Assembly: GCA_034521815.1 (NCBI GenBank)
Contig: JAXHLW010000013.1
Location: 1,056,001 to 1,120,000, forward strand
Direction of reading: 5' to 3'
Source: Trueperaceae bacterium
GTDB taxonomy: Bacteria; Deinococcota; Deinococci; Deinococcales; Trueperaceae
Length of the DNA stretch: 64,000 nucleotides
The notes under the pieces were generated by a model, which worked only from the letters and a program-made list of their open reading frames with translations, was not told the origin of the DNA and did not search any database. The translations under genes were made by a program, and so were the position numbers. Of this stretch, positions 28,230 through 37,810 are shown piece by piece (position 1 is the stretch's first letter; each line of letters starts with the position of its first letter).

Positions 28230-29840
28230 ATGGAGGCCATCTACCAACGCGCCCGGCCGGCCACCTTCGGCGAGGTGGTCGGGCAGGACCACGTCAAGGA
28301 CGTCCTGGCGGCTGCGCTCCGCACCGGGCGGACCGGTCACGCCTACCTGTTCAGCGGACCCCGCGGGGTGGGCAAGACCACGACCGCGCGCTTGCTGGCG
28401 ATGGCGCTCAACTGCGAGGCGGCCGAGCCGTCGGAGCGTCCGTGCGGACGGTGCGACGCGTGCACGCAGATCCGCTCGGCCCGCCATCCGGACGTGATCG
28501 AGCTGGACGCGGCCAGCAACAACTCCGTCGACGACGTCCGTGAGCTGCGGGAGCGTGTCCGGCTCGCGTCGCTACGCGGCGGGACGCGGGTTTGGATTCT
28601 CGACGAGGCGCACATGCTCTCGACCGCCGCTGCGAACGCCCTGCTGAAGACGCTCGAGGAGCCGCCCACCGGCTTGGTGTTCGTCCTGGCGACGACCGAG
28701 CCGGAGCGTCTGCCGTCGACGGTGCTGTCGCGCTGCCAGCATTTCCGGTTCAGACGCCTGTCCGTTCCCGAGATCGCCGGGAAGCTGGCCGTGCTGTGCG
28801 AGCGGTCGGGCGTCGAGGCCGAGCAGGAAGCGCTGGAGCTGGTGGCTCGTGCGGCCGAGGGCGCGATGCGTGACGCCGAATCGATGCTGGAGCGGTTGTG
28901 GGCGGACGGCGGTCCGATCGTGCGCGACGCCGCCGAGGCGGCGCTGGGGCTCCCCCCGCGCGAACGGCTCGAGGCGCTCGCGAACGCGCTCGCGAGCGAC
29001 GACCTGGCGCCCCTGCTCGCCGGGGCGACGGAGCTGTACCGCGACGGCTTTTCGCCCAGGACGGTCGCCGAGCAGCTCGCGCGGGTGCTGCGGGACGCCG
29101 TGGTGAACGAAGCGACCGGCCAGGAGGGCTATCGGGCCCCCGTCGGTCGGGACGCGCTGCTCCGCACGTTGCATCAGTTCGACGACGAGCTCGAGCGGTT
29201 CGTCCGGCACGACGACCTGTACGCCCTCGAGGCCGCGCTGTTGAAGGCGGCCAATGCCGCCGCCTCTCGCCCGTTCCAGCTCGCGAGCTCGCAGGCGGTC
29301 GCCGTTGCAGCGTCGACGGAAGAACCGACGGAGAAGCCGGCCGCTTCGGACGCGCCTCGGCCCCTGCCCGCCTTCGAGCCGAACGCGCGACCCGACGACG
29401 CGCGACCCGACGATGCGTCACACGGCGCCTCAGCCAGCCCGGCAGCCAGCGCGGCAGCCGAAGCGCCCGCACCAGCGACCGACGCCTCGCCCTCCGCCGA
29501 CTCGGCGTCCGACACCTCGGCGTCCGACACCTCGGGGTCCGACAGCTCGGGGTCCGCCGCAGCGTCGCCCGGGCCGGCCACCCCCCGGGCCGGCCGTACG
29601 CTCAGCTGGCACCAGGTCAAGACCAAGGCGTCCCCCCAGCTCAAGGCGTTCCTCCAGCCGGCCGAAGACGAGGTCGAGGGCGACGTCCTGACCTTGCGCT
29701 ACGGAGAGCGGCACCGGTTCCACTTCGGACAGCTCAAGAGCCGTCAGGACGAGCTCGCTGCGCTCGTCGGCGAGGTCGCCGGTCCGGGCTGGAGCCTGGT
29801 GATCGAAGGACCCGACGAGACGATCCGAAAAAAAGCGTAG
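28230..29840 (+). CDS. dnaX: DNA polymerase III gamma/tau subunit, zero-frame short product (536 aa)
   Basis: YQRARPATF.EVVGQ, GPRGVGKTT, Zn motif, ELDAASN, DEAHML, SRCQ; ends at CGA AAA AAA GCG TAG. Confidence 0.95.
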   Translation: MEAIYQRARPATFGEVVGQDHVKDVLAAALRTGRTGHAYLFSGPRGVGKTTTARLLAMALNCEAAEPSERPCGRCDACTQIRSARHPDVIELDAASNNSVDDVRELRERVRLASLRGGTRVWILDEAHMLSTAAANALLKTLEEPPTGLVFVLATTEPERLPSTVLSRCQHFRFRRLSVPEIAGKLAVLCERSGVEAEQEALELVARAAEGAMRDAESMLERLWADGGPIVRDAAEAALGLPPRERLEALANALASDDLAPLLAGATELYRDGFSPRTVAEQLARVLRDAVVNEATGQEGYRAPVGRDALLRTLHQFDDELERFVRHDDLYALEAALLKAANAAASRPFQLASSQAVAVAASTEEPTEKPAASDAPRPLPAFEPNARPDDARPDDASHGASASPAASAAAEAPAPATDASPSADSASDTSASDTSGSDSSGSAAASPGPATPRAGRTLSWHQVKTKASPQLKAFLQPAEDEVEGDVLTLRYGERHRFHFGQLKSRQDELAALVGEVAGPGWSLVIEGPDETIRKKA

Positions 29841-29869
29841 CGGGGCGGGGGGCTGGCCCCACCGTCCCG
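29828..29869 (+). promoter_or_regulatory. Candidate -1 frameshift signal: A AAA AAA plus 3' hairpin
   Basis: A7 at 29828-29834, 6-nt spacer, then a ~12-bp G/C stem (cggggcgg-gggg / cccc-a-ccgtcccg). Confidence 0.7.
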
Positions 29870-30457
29870 GCGACGCCCCGACCGACCGCTCCGATCGACA
29901 CGCCCGAGCCGGTGACCGAGCAGGTGACCGAGCAGGTGACCGAGCAGGTGACCGAGGAGAGCGAACGCGCTGGCCCGGCTGCCGAGACGAAGCCGTCCAG
30001 ATCGACGTCGGGCGACCAGTCGGCGCCGCCTGCGGGACCGCCGGACGACGCGACCACGACCTACGAGGACCTACCCGAGGACCTGTTCAGCGAAAGCGAG
30101 CCTCCCCCCTCCGGCGAGCCCTACGCCGGCGAGCCCTACGCCGCCGAGCCTCGCCCTGCCGTCAGCGAGCCCACCCGCGCTCCTCGCCAAGGCGAGCGAC
30201 GAGACGCGGACGGCGCGGCTGCCGGGCGCCCAGCTGCGAACCGACCGGCTGCCGAGCGCTCGGCCCCGAACGATCCTGCGATCGAGATGGTTCGGACCTT
30301 CTTCCCCGGCCGGATCGTAGGGCTCGAGCCGGTGACGGACGACCCTGTCGACGAGGCGTCCGACGATGAGGCCTCCCTCGACGAGCTCGCCGTCGACCGG
30401 CCGGACGAGAGCCCCGATGGCGGTCGCGACGACGAAGGTCCACGGCCCAGCAGGTAG
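29828..30457 (+). CDS. dnaX: DnaX -1-frame extension (tau C-terminal part)
   Basis: The -1 frame is open from the A7 run to 30457. It encodes an acidic Pro-rich linker and NDPAIEMVRTFFPGRIV, which resembles the tau C-terminal motif. Confidence 0.75.
   Translation, partial: KKSVAGRGAGPTVPATPRPTAPIDTPEPVTEQVTEQVTEQVTEESERAGPAAETKPSRSTSGDQSAPPAGPPDDATTTYEDLPEDLFSESEPPPSGEPYAGEPYAAEPRPAVSEPTRAPRQGERRDADGAAAGRPAANRPAAERSAPNDPAIEMVRTFFPGRIVGLEPVTDDPVDEASDDEASLDELAVDRPDESPDGGRDDEGPRPSR
29911..29956 (+). repeat. 12-bp tandem repeat ggtgaccgagca x~4 (VTEQ)
   Basis: Read directly. Confidence 0.9.
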
Positions 30458-30467
30458 AGTGGGCGCG

Positions 30468-30797
<330 letters not shown>

Positions 30798-30813
30798 GCG
30801 CCGCCAGGCCGTC

Positions 30814-31416
<603 letters not shown>

Positions 31417-31536
31417 GAACCCGCGCGGCGGGCCTCTCCGCTCGTTTCATCCGACCGTGATCATCGTGGCGGCCGTGCGCCCTCGCCGGTCCGACGCGGC
31501 GTGACGGTGCGGCGTGGACGGCCGGGGCACGGCACC

Positions 31537-31564
31537 TTGACACCCGGCGAACCGCGCCTATAAT
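31537..31564 (+). promoter_or_regulatory. Consensus sigma70 promoter of topA
   Basis: TTGACA-N16-TATAAT, 25 nt upstream of ATG 31590. Confidence 0.88.
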
Positions 31565-31589
31565 GGCGGCGCGAACGAGAAGGGACTCC

Positions 31590-34517
31590 ATGGCAACCAC
31601 ACCGAACCCGCGATCCGAGCGACGTCTCGTGATCGTCGAGTCGCCCACGAAGGCCAACACCATCCGCCGTTACCTCCCCAGCGGGTACGAGGTGATGGCC
31701 AGCATGGGCCACGTGCGCGACCTGCCGGCCTCGGCGGACGAGATCCCCGATCAGTTTCGGGGGCAGAGCTGGGCTCGGTTGGGCATGAAGATCGACGAGG
31801 ACTTCGAGCCGCTGTACGTGATCACGAAGCCGCAGGTCGTGCGCGAGCTCCGCAAGGCGCTCAAAGGCGTCGGCGAGCTCCTGATCGCGACGGACGAGGA
31901 TCGCGAGGGCGAGTCGATCGGCTGGCACCTGCTCGAGGTGCTCGATCCGAAGGTCCCCGTCAAACGGATGGTGTTCCACGAGATCACGGAGCAGGCGATC
32001 CAGCGGGCGCTCGAAGAGACCCGCGACATCGACCGCAACCTGGTCGAGGCTCAGGAGACCCGGCGGCTGCTGGACCGGCTGGTGGGCTACACGATCAGTC
32101 CGCTGCTGTGGCGCAAGATCGCGCCGCGGCTCTCGGCCGGGAGGGTGCAGTCCGTCGCGGTCCGGATTCTCGTGCAGCGCGAGAAGGAACGTCTGGCGTT
32201 CGTGCCGGCGGGGTACTGGGATCTCGAGGCGACGCTGGTGGCGGCCGGCGTCGAGCCGGCTGCGGCCCGGTCGTTCGCCGCGACGGCGACGCACGTGGAC
32301 GGCGTGCGTCTGGCCTCCGGCAAGGACTTCGATCCCGACACCGGACGCCTGAAGGACGGTCTCGTCGAGGGCCGCGACCTGATGCTGATGGGCGAGGACG
32401 AGGCGCGGCGGCTGGCGGACGCCGCCAAGGAGGCGCCGTTCAGCGTCGTCTCGATCGAGGAGCGCGAACAGACCCGCAACCCCTCGCCGCCGTTCACGAC
32501 CTCGACGCTGCAGCAGGAGTCCAGCCGCAAGCTCGGACTCTCGGCGCGCGACACCATGCGCGTCGCGCAGGGCCTGTACGAGCGGGGCCTGATCACCTAC
32601 ATGCGAACCGACTCGACGCACCTGTCGGGCGAGGCGATCGGCGCAGCCCGCAAGCGGGTCGAGACGTTGTACGGCGCCGACTACCTGTTCGAGCGGGTCC
32701 GGCAGTACAAGGGCAAGTCCCGCAACGCGCAGGAGGCCCACGAGGCGATCCGCCCGGCCGGCAACCAGATGCGGACGGCGAAGGAGCATCAGCTGAAGGG
32801 ACGCGACGCCGCGCTCTACGACCTGATCTGGAAGCGGACGATCGCCACGCAGATGGCCGAGGCTCGGCTCAAGTTCGTCACGGCCAGGATCGAGGTCCAG
32901 GCCGAAGAGCGGACGATGAGCCTACGCGCCAGCGGCCGGCAGGTGCTCTTTCCCGGGTTCTTTCGCGCCTACGTCGAGGGGAGCGACGATCCCGAGGCCG
33001 CCCTCGACGATCGCGACCAGCCGCTTCCCCCGCTCGCCGAGGGCGACGCGCTCGAGGCGCAGGCGCTCGACGCCAGCGGCCACGAGACGAAGCCGCCCGC
33101 GCGCTTCACCGAAGCGTCGCTGGTGAAGATCCTCGAGGCCGAGGGGATCGGTCGGCCGTCGACGTACGCCAGCATCATCGACACGATCGTGAACCGAGGG
33201 TACGTCCGCAAGAACGGGCAGCAGCTCGTGCCGACGTTCACGGCGTTCGCGACGAACAACCTGCTGGAGCATCAGTTCACCCAGCTCGTCGATACCGAGT
33301 TCACCGCCGAGATGGAGGCGAAGCTCGACGCCATCGCCGCCGGCACGCTCGAAGCGCTGCCCTACCTGAAAGGGTTCTACGGCGGTAGCGAAGGCATCGA
33401 GGCCCGCGTCGCCGAGGGGATCGACGGGATCGACCCCAAGCTGATCAGCACCGTCCGAAGCACGAAGTGGGATCCGTACCTGGTCCGCGTCGGGCGCTAC
33501 GGCCCCTACGTCGAGGCGGAGGTCGAGGGCGAGACCCTCAAGACCTCGCTCAACGACGAGTGGGCGCCCGCCGACGTGACCCGCGAGATGCTCGAGGAGC
33601 TGATCGAGCGCGAGCGTCAGGGCGACATCCCGGTCGGCGAGGCCGAGGACGGAACGACGATGCTGCTCAAGAACGGTCCGTACGGACCGTACCTCCAGCT
33701 CGGACCCGACGACCAGGAGGGCAAGCCCAAGCGCGTCTCGGTCCCGCCCGGCGTGTCGCCGAACGCGGTCGACGCGTCGATGGCGCAGCGGCTGCTGGAC
33801 CTCCCGCGACAGATCGGCGCCCATCCCGAGACCGGCAAGCGGATCGACGCCGGCATCGGGCGCTACGGTCCGTACGTTCGGCACGAACGCACCTACGCCT
33901 CGTTGACGCCCGAGGACGACGTGCTCGAGATCGGCGTCGACCGCGCCGTCGAGCTGTTGGCCGCCAAGAAGCGGAAGGGCCGGCGCGAGCCGTTGCGGAC
34001 GCTGGGCGAGCACCCCGAGACCGGCGAGCCGATCGAGCTCCACGACGGGCGTTTCGGGCCGTACGTCAAGCACGGCAAGACGAACGCCTCGCTCCGGAAG
34101 GAGCACTCGCCCGACGACCTCGCGATGGAGCAGGCGCTCGAGCTGCTCGCCGCCCGCGAGGCGCGCAAGGGCGCGGCCAAGACCTCACGCAAGGGCGCGA
34201 GCACGTCCAAGGCGAAGGCGAAGACCAAGACCAAGCGCGCCAAGACCAAGCGCGCCACGACCAAGAAGAAGGCGTCCTCCCCGCCGAAGCCCAAGGCGAC
34301 GCCCGCCGATCTCGAGCCGTTCCTGAGCGAGCTCGACGATGCCGACCGCGAAGCGGTCGCGCGGGTCGAGGGGATGGCTGGACACCAGGCGGCGCCGATC
34401 GGACAGGTCGCGACCGCGCTCGAGACCGACGAGGCCGACATCGCCGCCCGTCACAAACGAGGCCTGTTCAAGCTGCGCATGACGTACGGCCGCGCCCGCA
34501 AGCGCGCCCAGACCTGA
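31590..34517 (+). CDS. topA: DNA topoisomerase I with non-zinc C-terminal repeats and Lys-rich tail
   Basis: IVESPTKA, ATDEDREGE, SAGRVQS, ITYMRTDS, QEAHEAIRP, repeated GRYGPY motifs. Confidence 0.97.
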   Translation: MATTPNPRSERRLVIVESPTKANTIRRYLPSGYEVMASMGHVRDLPASADEIPDQFRGQSWARLGMKIDEDFEPLYVITKPQVVRELRKALKGVGELLIATDEDREGESIGWHLLEVLDPKVPVKRMVFHEITEQAIQRALEETRDIDRNLVEAQETRRLLDRLVGYTISPLLWRKIAPRLSAGRVQSVAVRILVQREKERLAFVPAGYWDLEATLVAAGVEPAAARSFAATATHVDGVRLASGKDFDPDTGRLKDGLVEGRDLMLMGEDEARRLADAAKEAPFSVVSIEEREQTRNPSPPFTTSTLQQESSRKLGLSARDTMRVAQGLYERGLITYMRTDSTHLSGEAIGAARKRVETLYGADYLFERVRQYKGKSRNAQEAHEAIRPAGNQMRTAKEHQLKGRDAALYDLIWKRTIATQMAEARLKFVTARIEVQAEERTMSLRASGRQVLFPGFFRAYVEGSDDPEAALDDRDQPLPPLAEGDALEAQALDASGHETKPPARFTEASLVKILEAEGIGRPSTYASIIDTIVNRGYVRKNGQQLVPTFTAFATNNLLEHQFTQLVDTEFTAEMEAKLDAIAAGTLEALPYLKGFYGGSEGIEARVAEGIDGIDPKLISTVRSTKWDPYLVRVGRYGPYVEAEVEGETLKTSLNDEWAPADVTREMLEELIERERQGDIPVGEAEDGTTMLLKNGPYGPYLQLGPDDQEGKPKRVSVPPGVSPNAVDASMAQRLLDLPRQIGAHPETGKRIDAGIGRYGPYVRHERTYASLTPEDDVLEIGVDRAVELLAAKKRKGRREPLRTLGEHPETGEPIELHDGRFGPYVKHGKTNASLRKEHSPDDLAMEQALELLAAREARKGAAKTSRKGASTSKAKAKTKTKRAKTKRATTKKKASSPPKPKATPADLEPFLSELDDADREAVARVEGMAGHQAAPIGQVATALETDEADIAARHKRGLFKLRMTYGRARKRAQT

Positions 34518-34547
34518 GGCCGACGATCGGCTAGGTAGGATGCTTTC

Positions 34548-35300
34548 GTGGCAACCCAGCGCTACCGCGTCCGCGAGGGCATCGTGGTTCGGCGCACCCC
34601 GCTCCCTTCGGGCGACGTCGTCGTCACGCTGCTCTCCCCCGACGGCAAGTGGCGTGCCGTGGCTCGCAAGGGCAGGCTCCTGGGCGGCAACCCGGGGCGC
34701 CTGTCGTTGTTCCACGACGTCACCTTGCAGGTCTACCAGCGCCGCGCCGACGACCTCGCGGTCGTGGCGCAGGTGCGTCTGAACGGCGCGCTGTCGCGCC
34801 TGTCCGATCCCGCCGTCTACCCGTACGCCCACCTGCTGGCCGAGCTCGCCGACCGGTTGACGGTGGACGTGCACGTGGGCGAGCCGCTCCACGCCTGGCT
34901 TGCGAGCGGGCTTCGCGGCCTGAACGAGGACGACGATCCGGAGCGTGTCGCGCTGGTTCACGCCTGGATGCTGTTGCGTGTCGCCGGCCTGGGTCCGGAC
35001 GCGAGCGACGAGGCGGCGCCCGACCACGAAGGCGATCCGCGCTTCGATCTCGTCGGCGGGCGCCTCGCCCGGACCGGCGAGGGGATCGCCCTGCGAGACG
35101 ATACGGCGCACGACCTGCGCATCCTGATCATCGGCCGCGCGCGCGACGCCTTGCGACAGCCGTTCTCGGACCGCGCCACCCACTGGCGCCTGCTGGCGCG
35201 GTACGTGGCGTGGCACGTCGACGATCTGCGCAGTCTCGGCGGCGTCGCGGGGTCGCGTAGCGGACCCCCGACCGCCGGCACGTTCGGCACGCCGCGGTGA
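34548..35300 (+). CDS. recO: DNA repair protein RecO
   Basis: GIVVRR..LPSGD.VVTLL...GK..AVARKG, LSLFH OB-fold, Deinococcota-type; TAGGAT-N6-GTG. Confidence 0.85.
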   Translation: MATQRYRVREGIVVRRTPLPSGDVVVTLLSPDGKWRAVARKGRLLGGNPGRLSLFHDVTLQVYQRRADDLAVVAQVRLNGALSRLSDPAVYPYAHLLAELADRLTVDVHVGEPLHAWLASGLRGLNEDDDPERVALVHAWMLLRVAGLGPDASDEAAPDHEGDPRFDLVGGRLARTGEGIALRDDTAHDLRILIIGRARDALRQPFSDRATHWRLLARYVAWHVDDLRSLGGVAGSRSGPPTAGTFGTPR

Positions 35301-35899
35301 CGTTCGACCTCGGCGCCGCCCTGGCGGCCGGATACTTCGTGGGCGGCGTGCCGGTCGCCATGCTCGTGGCCCGCGCCATCGGACACGACATCTTCGCCGT
35401 CGGCTCGGGGAACATGGGCGCGATGAACACCGCTCGCAACGTCGGGCCGCTCGCCGGTGTCGTCGTCCTGGTGCTGGACCTCGGGAAGGGGGCGCTGGCC
35501 GCGGCGATCGGGATCCGAATGGCGGTCGCCGCCGGGATCGCCGATCCGTTGGCGATGGCCCTGGCCGGAGGCGTGGGCGCGGTGATCGGGCACGCCTGGT
35601 CGCCGTACGTCCGGTTCCGTGGTGGGAAGGCGCTCGCCACCGCGTTCGGTGCGACGCTTCCTATCGTGCCGTGGGCGGGCGGCGCCGGCGTGGTGCTGCT
35701 GATCGCGCTGACGCTGATCGTGCGCAACGCCACGGTGGCCTCGGTCGCCACCTTGACGCTGTACCCGTTCCTGACCGGGGCCGTTCTGACGCGGCTCGGC
35801 TGGCCCCGCGAGGACGCCTTCGCCGCTGCCACGGCCGCTGCCGCGATCGCGATCGTCTCCATCGTCAAGCACCTGCGCGCGCGTCGCGCGCGGTCGTGA
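35297..35899 (+). CDS. plsY: Glycerol-3-phosphate acyltransferase
   Basis: GSGNMGAMN..R, DLGKG, GHAWSPY.RFRGGKALAT, multiple TM segments. Confidence 0.92.
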   Translation: MTFDLGAALAAGYFVGGVPVAMLVARAIGHDIFAVGSGNMGAMNTARNVGPLAGVVVLVLDLGKGALAAAIGIRMAVAAGIADPLAMALAGGVGAVIGHAWSPYVRFRGGKALATAFGATLPIVPWAGGAGVVLLIALTLIVRNATVASVATLTLYPFLTGAVLTRLGWPREDAFAAATAAAAIAIVSIVKHLRARRARS

Positions 35900-35921
35900 A
35901 CGCGGGCGGGCGCCCCTCGCG

Positions 35922-37238
35922 CTACTGCCAGCGCTCCCAGCCGGGCACCGGCTGGCCGAGAAGCCACGGTCGGATCTCGCCGATCAGGTAGAGGCTCCCC
36001 GCGACCAGCACCGAGCCGGACGTCCGGTCGTGCGCCGCCGCCGACACGGCGTCACGAGGATCGTCGTGCACGCCCGCCACGCTCAGTCCCAGCGACGTCG
36101 CGAGCGCGGCCGCCTCGCGGGGCGGAAGCGCCCGCGGGCTCAGCGTCGCCCGGGTGAGGAACAGCGACGAGATGTGCGGCGCCAGCTCGCTCAGAACGCC
36201 CGCGACGTCCTTGTCGCGACTGGCGCCGAACACCAGGGCGGGCCGCTCGCCCAGCTCGCTCAGCGTGTCCGCCAGAGCCTTCGCGGCGGCGGGGTTGTGC
36301 GCGCCGTCGAGGAGCAGGCGAACGCCGTCGGGCAGCGGCCAGCGCGGGTCGGCGCCGTCGCGGGGGCCGACCGCCTCCAGTCGCCCGGGCCAGCGGGTCG
36401 CCCGCGCACCCTCCGCCACCGACCGGTCGGACACGCCCAGCTCCCCCGCGACGCAGGCGGCCAGCGCTGCGTTCTGGGCCTGATGGCGACCCACCAGCGG
36501 CGTGGCGAGGACGAGCTCCGAGCGTCCCTCCCGCCCCACGCTCACGGTCGATCCGGCCCAGCCGTGCGAGCGGACGTGCACGTCGGCGTCCCGTCCGAGG
36601 AAGCGCAGCGGCGCGCCGATCTCGTGGGCGGCGGCGCGAAGAGCGTCCGCCGCCTCGCCACGGGCGGAGCTCCACGCCGGGACGCCGCGCCTGAGGATGC
36701 CCGCCTTCTCGCGCGCGATCGCGGTCAGGCTGGAGCCCAGCACCGCCTGGTGGTCCAGGGCGATGGAGGTGATCGCGCCGGCCACCGGCTCCAGCGCGTT
36801 CGTGGCGTCCAGTCGGCCCCCCAGCCCGACCTCCATGACGGCGACGTCGACGCCGGCCTTCGCGAACCTGACGCACGCCAGCGCGGTCAGCGCTTCGAAG
36901 AACGTCGCTCCGACCGCCTCCGCGTGGGGCAGGATCTCGGCCACCGCATCGTCGAACGCCTCGTCCGACATCGGCGATCCGCCCACGGTGACGCGCTCGC
37001 CGGGCGACGCGAGGTGCGGACTGACGAAGCGGCCCACCGACCGTCCCTCGGCCCGCACCATCGCGTCGAGGTGGGCGACCGTCGCGCCCTTGCCGTTCGT
37101 CCCGGCGACCAGCACGGCGTCGAAGGCTCGTTGCGGATGTCCCAGCCGGGCGAGAAGGGCGCGCGTCCGCTCCAACCCGGGCACCACGCCGAAGCGCTGC
37201 AGGGCGAACAGCCGCGCGGTGGCGGCGCCGTCGCTCAC
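35922..37238 (-). CDS. folC: Folylpolyglutamate synthase / dihydrofolate synthase
   Basis: AGTNGKG, SPHL, TFFE, EVGLGGRLDATN, WPGRLE, LDGAHNP, GSLYLIGE. Confidence 0.95.
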   Translation of the reverse strand: MSDGAATARLFALQRFGVVPGLERTRALLARLGHPQRAFDAVLVAGTNGKGATVAHLDAMVRAEGRSVGRFVSPHLASPGERVTVGGSPMSDEAFDDAVAEILPHAEAVGATFFEALTALACVRFAKAGVDVAVMEVGLGGRLDATNALEPVAGAITSIALDHQAVLGSSLTAIAREKAGILRRGVPAWSSARGEAADALRAAAHEIGAPLRFLGRDADVHVRSHGWAGSTVSVGREGRSELVLATPLVGRHQAQNAALAACVAGELGVSDRSVAEGARATRWPGRLEAVGPRDGADPRWPLPDGVRLLLDGAHNPAAAKALADTLSELGERPALVFGASRDKDVAGVLSELAPHISSLFLTRATLSPRALPPREAAALATSLGLSVAGVHDDPRDAVSAAAHDRTSGSVLVAGSLYLIGEIRPWLLGQPVPGWERWQ

Positions 37239-37735
37239 GTGCAGCGGTCCGCCTCGTGGACCCAGCGAGCGTGCGCGTCGTCGTCGGGTGGACGGTCGTG
37301 GCGGGCGACGAGCTCCGCGAGTCGAGGGGATCCGCCCGCGTCTCGGATCATCGTCGCCCCGTAGGCGGCGTGATGGGCGGCCGTCTGGCGTGCCCCCGCG
37401 ATCCCGTTCCTTGGCGGCTCGGCCGGTGGCGGAGACGCCTTGACGAGGTGCACCAGGATCCGTTCGTCGACCCGGTAGCGACGCCGGCTCTTGCCGACGT
37501 CGTGCAGGAGCGCCGCTCGCACCACGACGTCCGGGGCCGCTGGGTGCCGGCGCAGCAGCTCGCGCGCGACGCGGACGGCGTGATCGCGGTCGCGCGGGTC
37601 CATCGCGAGGTACAGGCCGAGCTCGCCTTCGCTCAGGCGCGACGACGCCCAGTCGTCGTCCGGCGCGACCAGCGAACGGTGCACGCCGCGCACGGTGCGC
37701 AGCGCCGCGTTCCACGCCCAGCTCCACGGTCTCAT
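37235..37735 (-). CDS. HD-domain protein
   Basis: DRDHA.RV, AALLHDVGK, HAAYGA, ARH, EADR; leaderless TACGCT-N6-ATG; stop overlaps the folC start. Confidence 0.85.
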   Translation of the reverse strand: MRPWSWAWNAALRTVRGVHRSLVAPDDDWASSRLSEGELGLYLAMDPRDRDHAVRVARELLRRHPAAPDVVVRAALLHDVGKSRRRYRVDERILVHLVKASPPPAEPPRNGIAGARQTAAHHAAYGATMIRDAGGSPRLAELVARHDRPPDDDAHARWVHEADRCT

Positions 37736-37810
37736 GGCGGGAGCGTACCAAGCAGGCGCCGTCCAGGACGCGGTGTCGGGCGCCCGCTGCGCTATGCTGG
37801 CCGGGATTCC

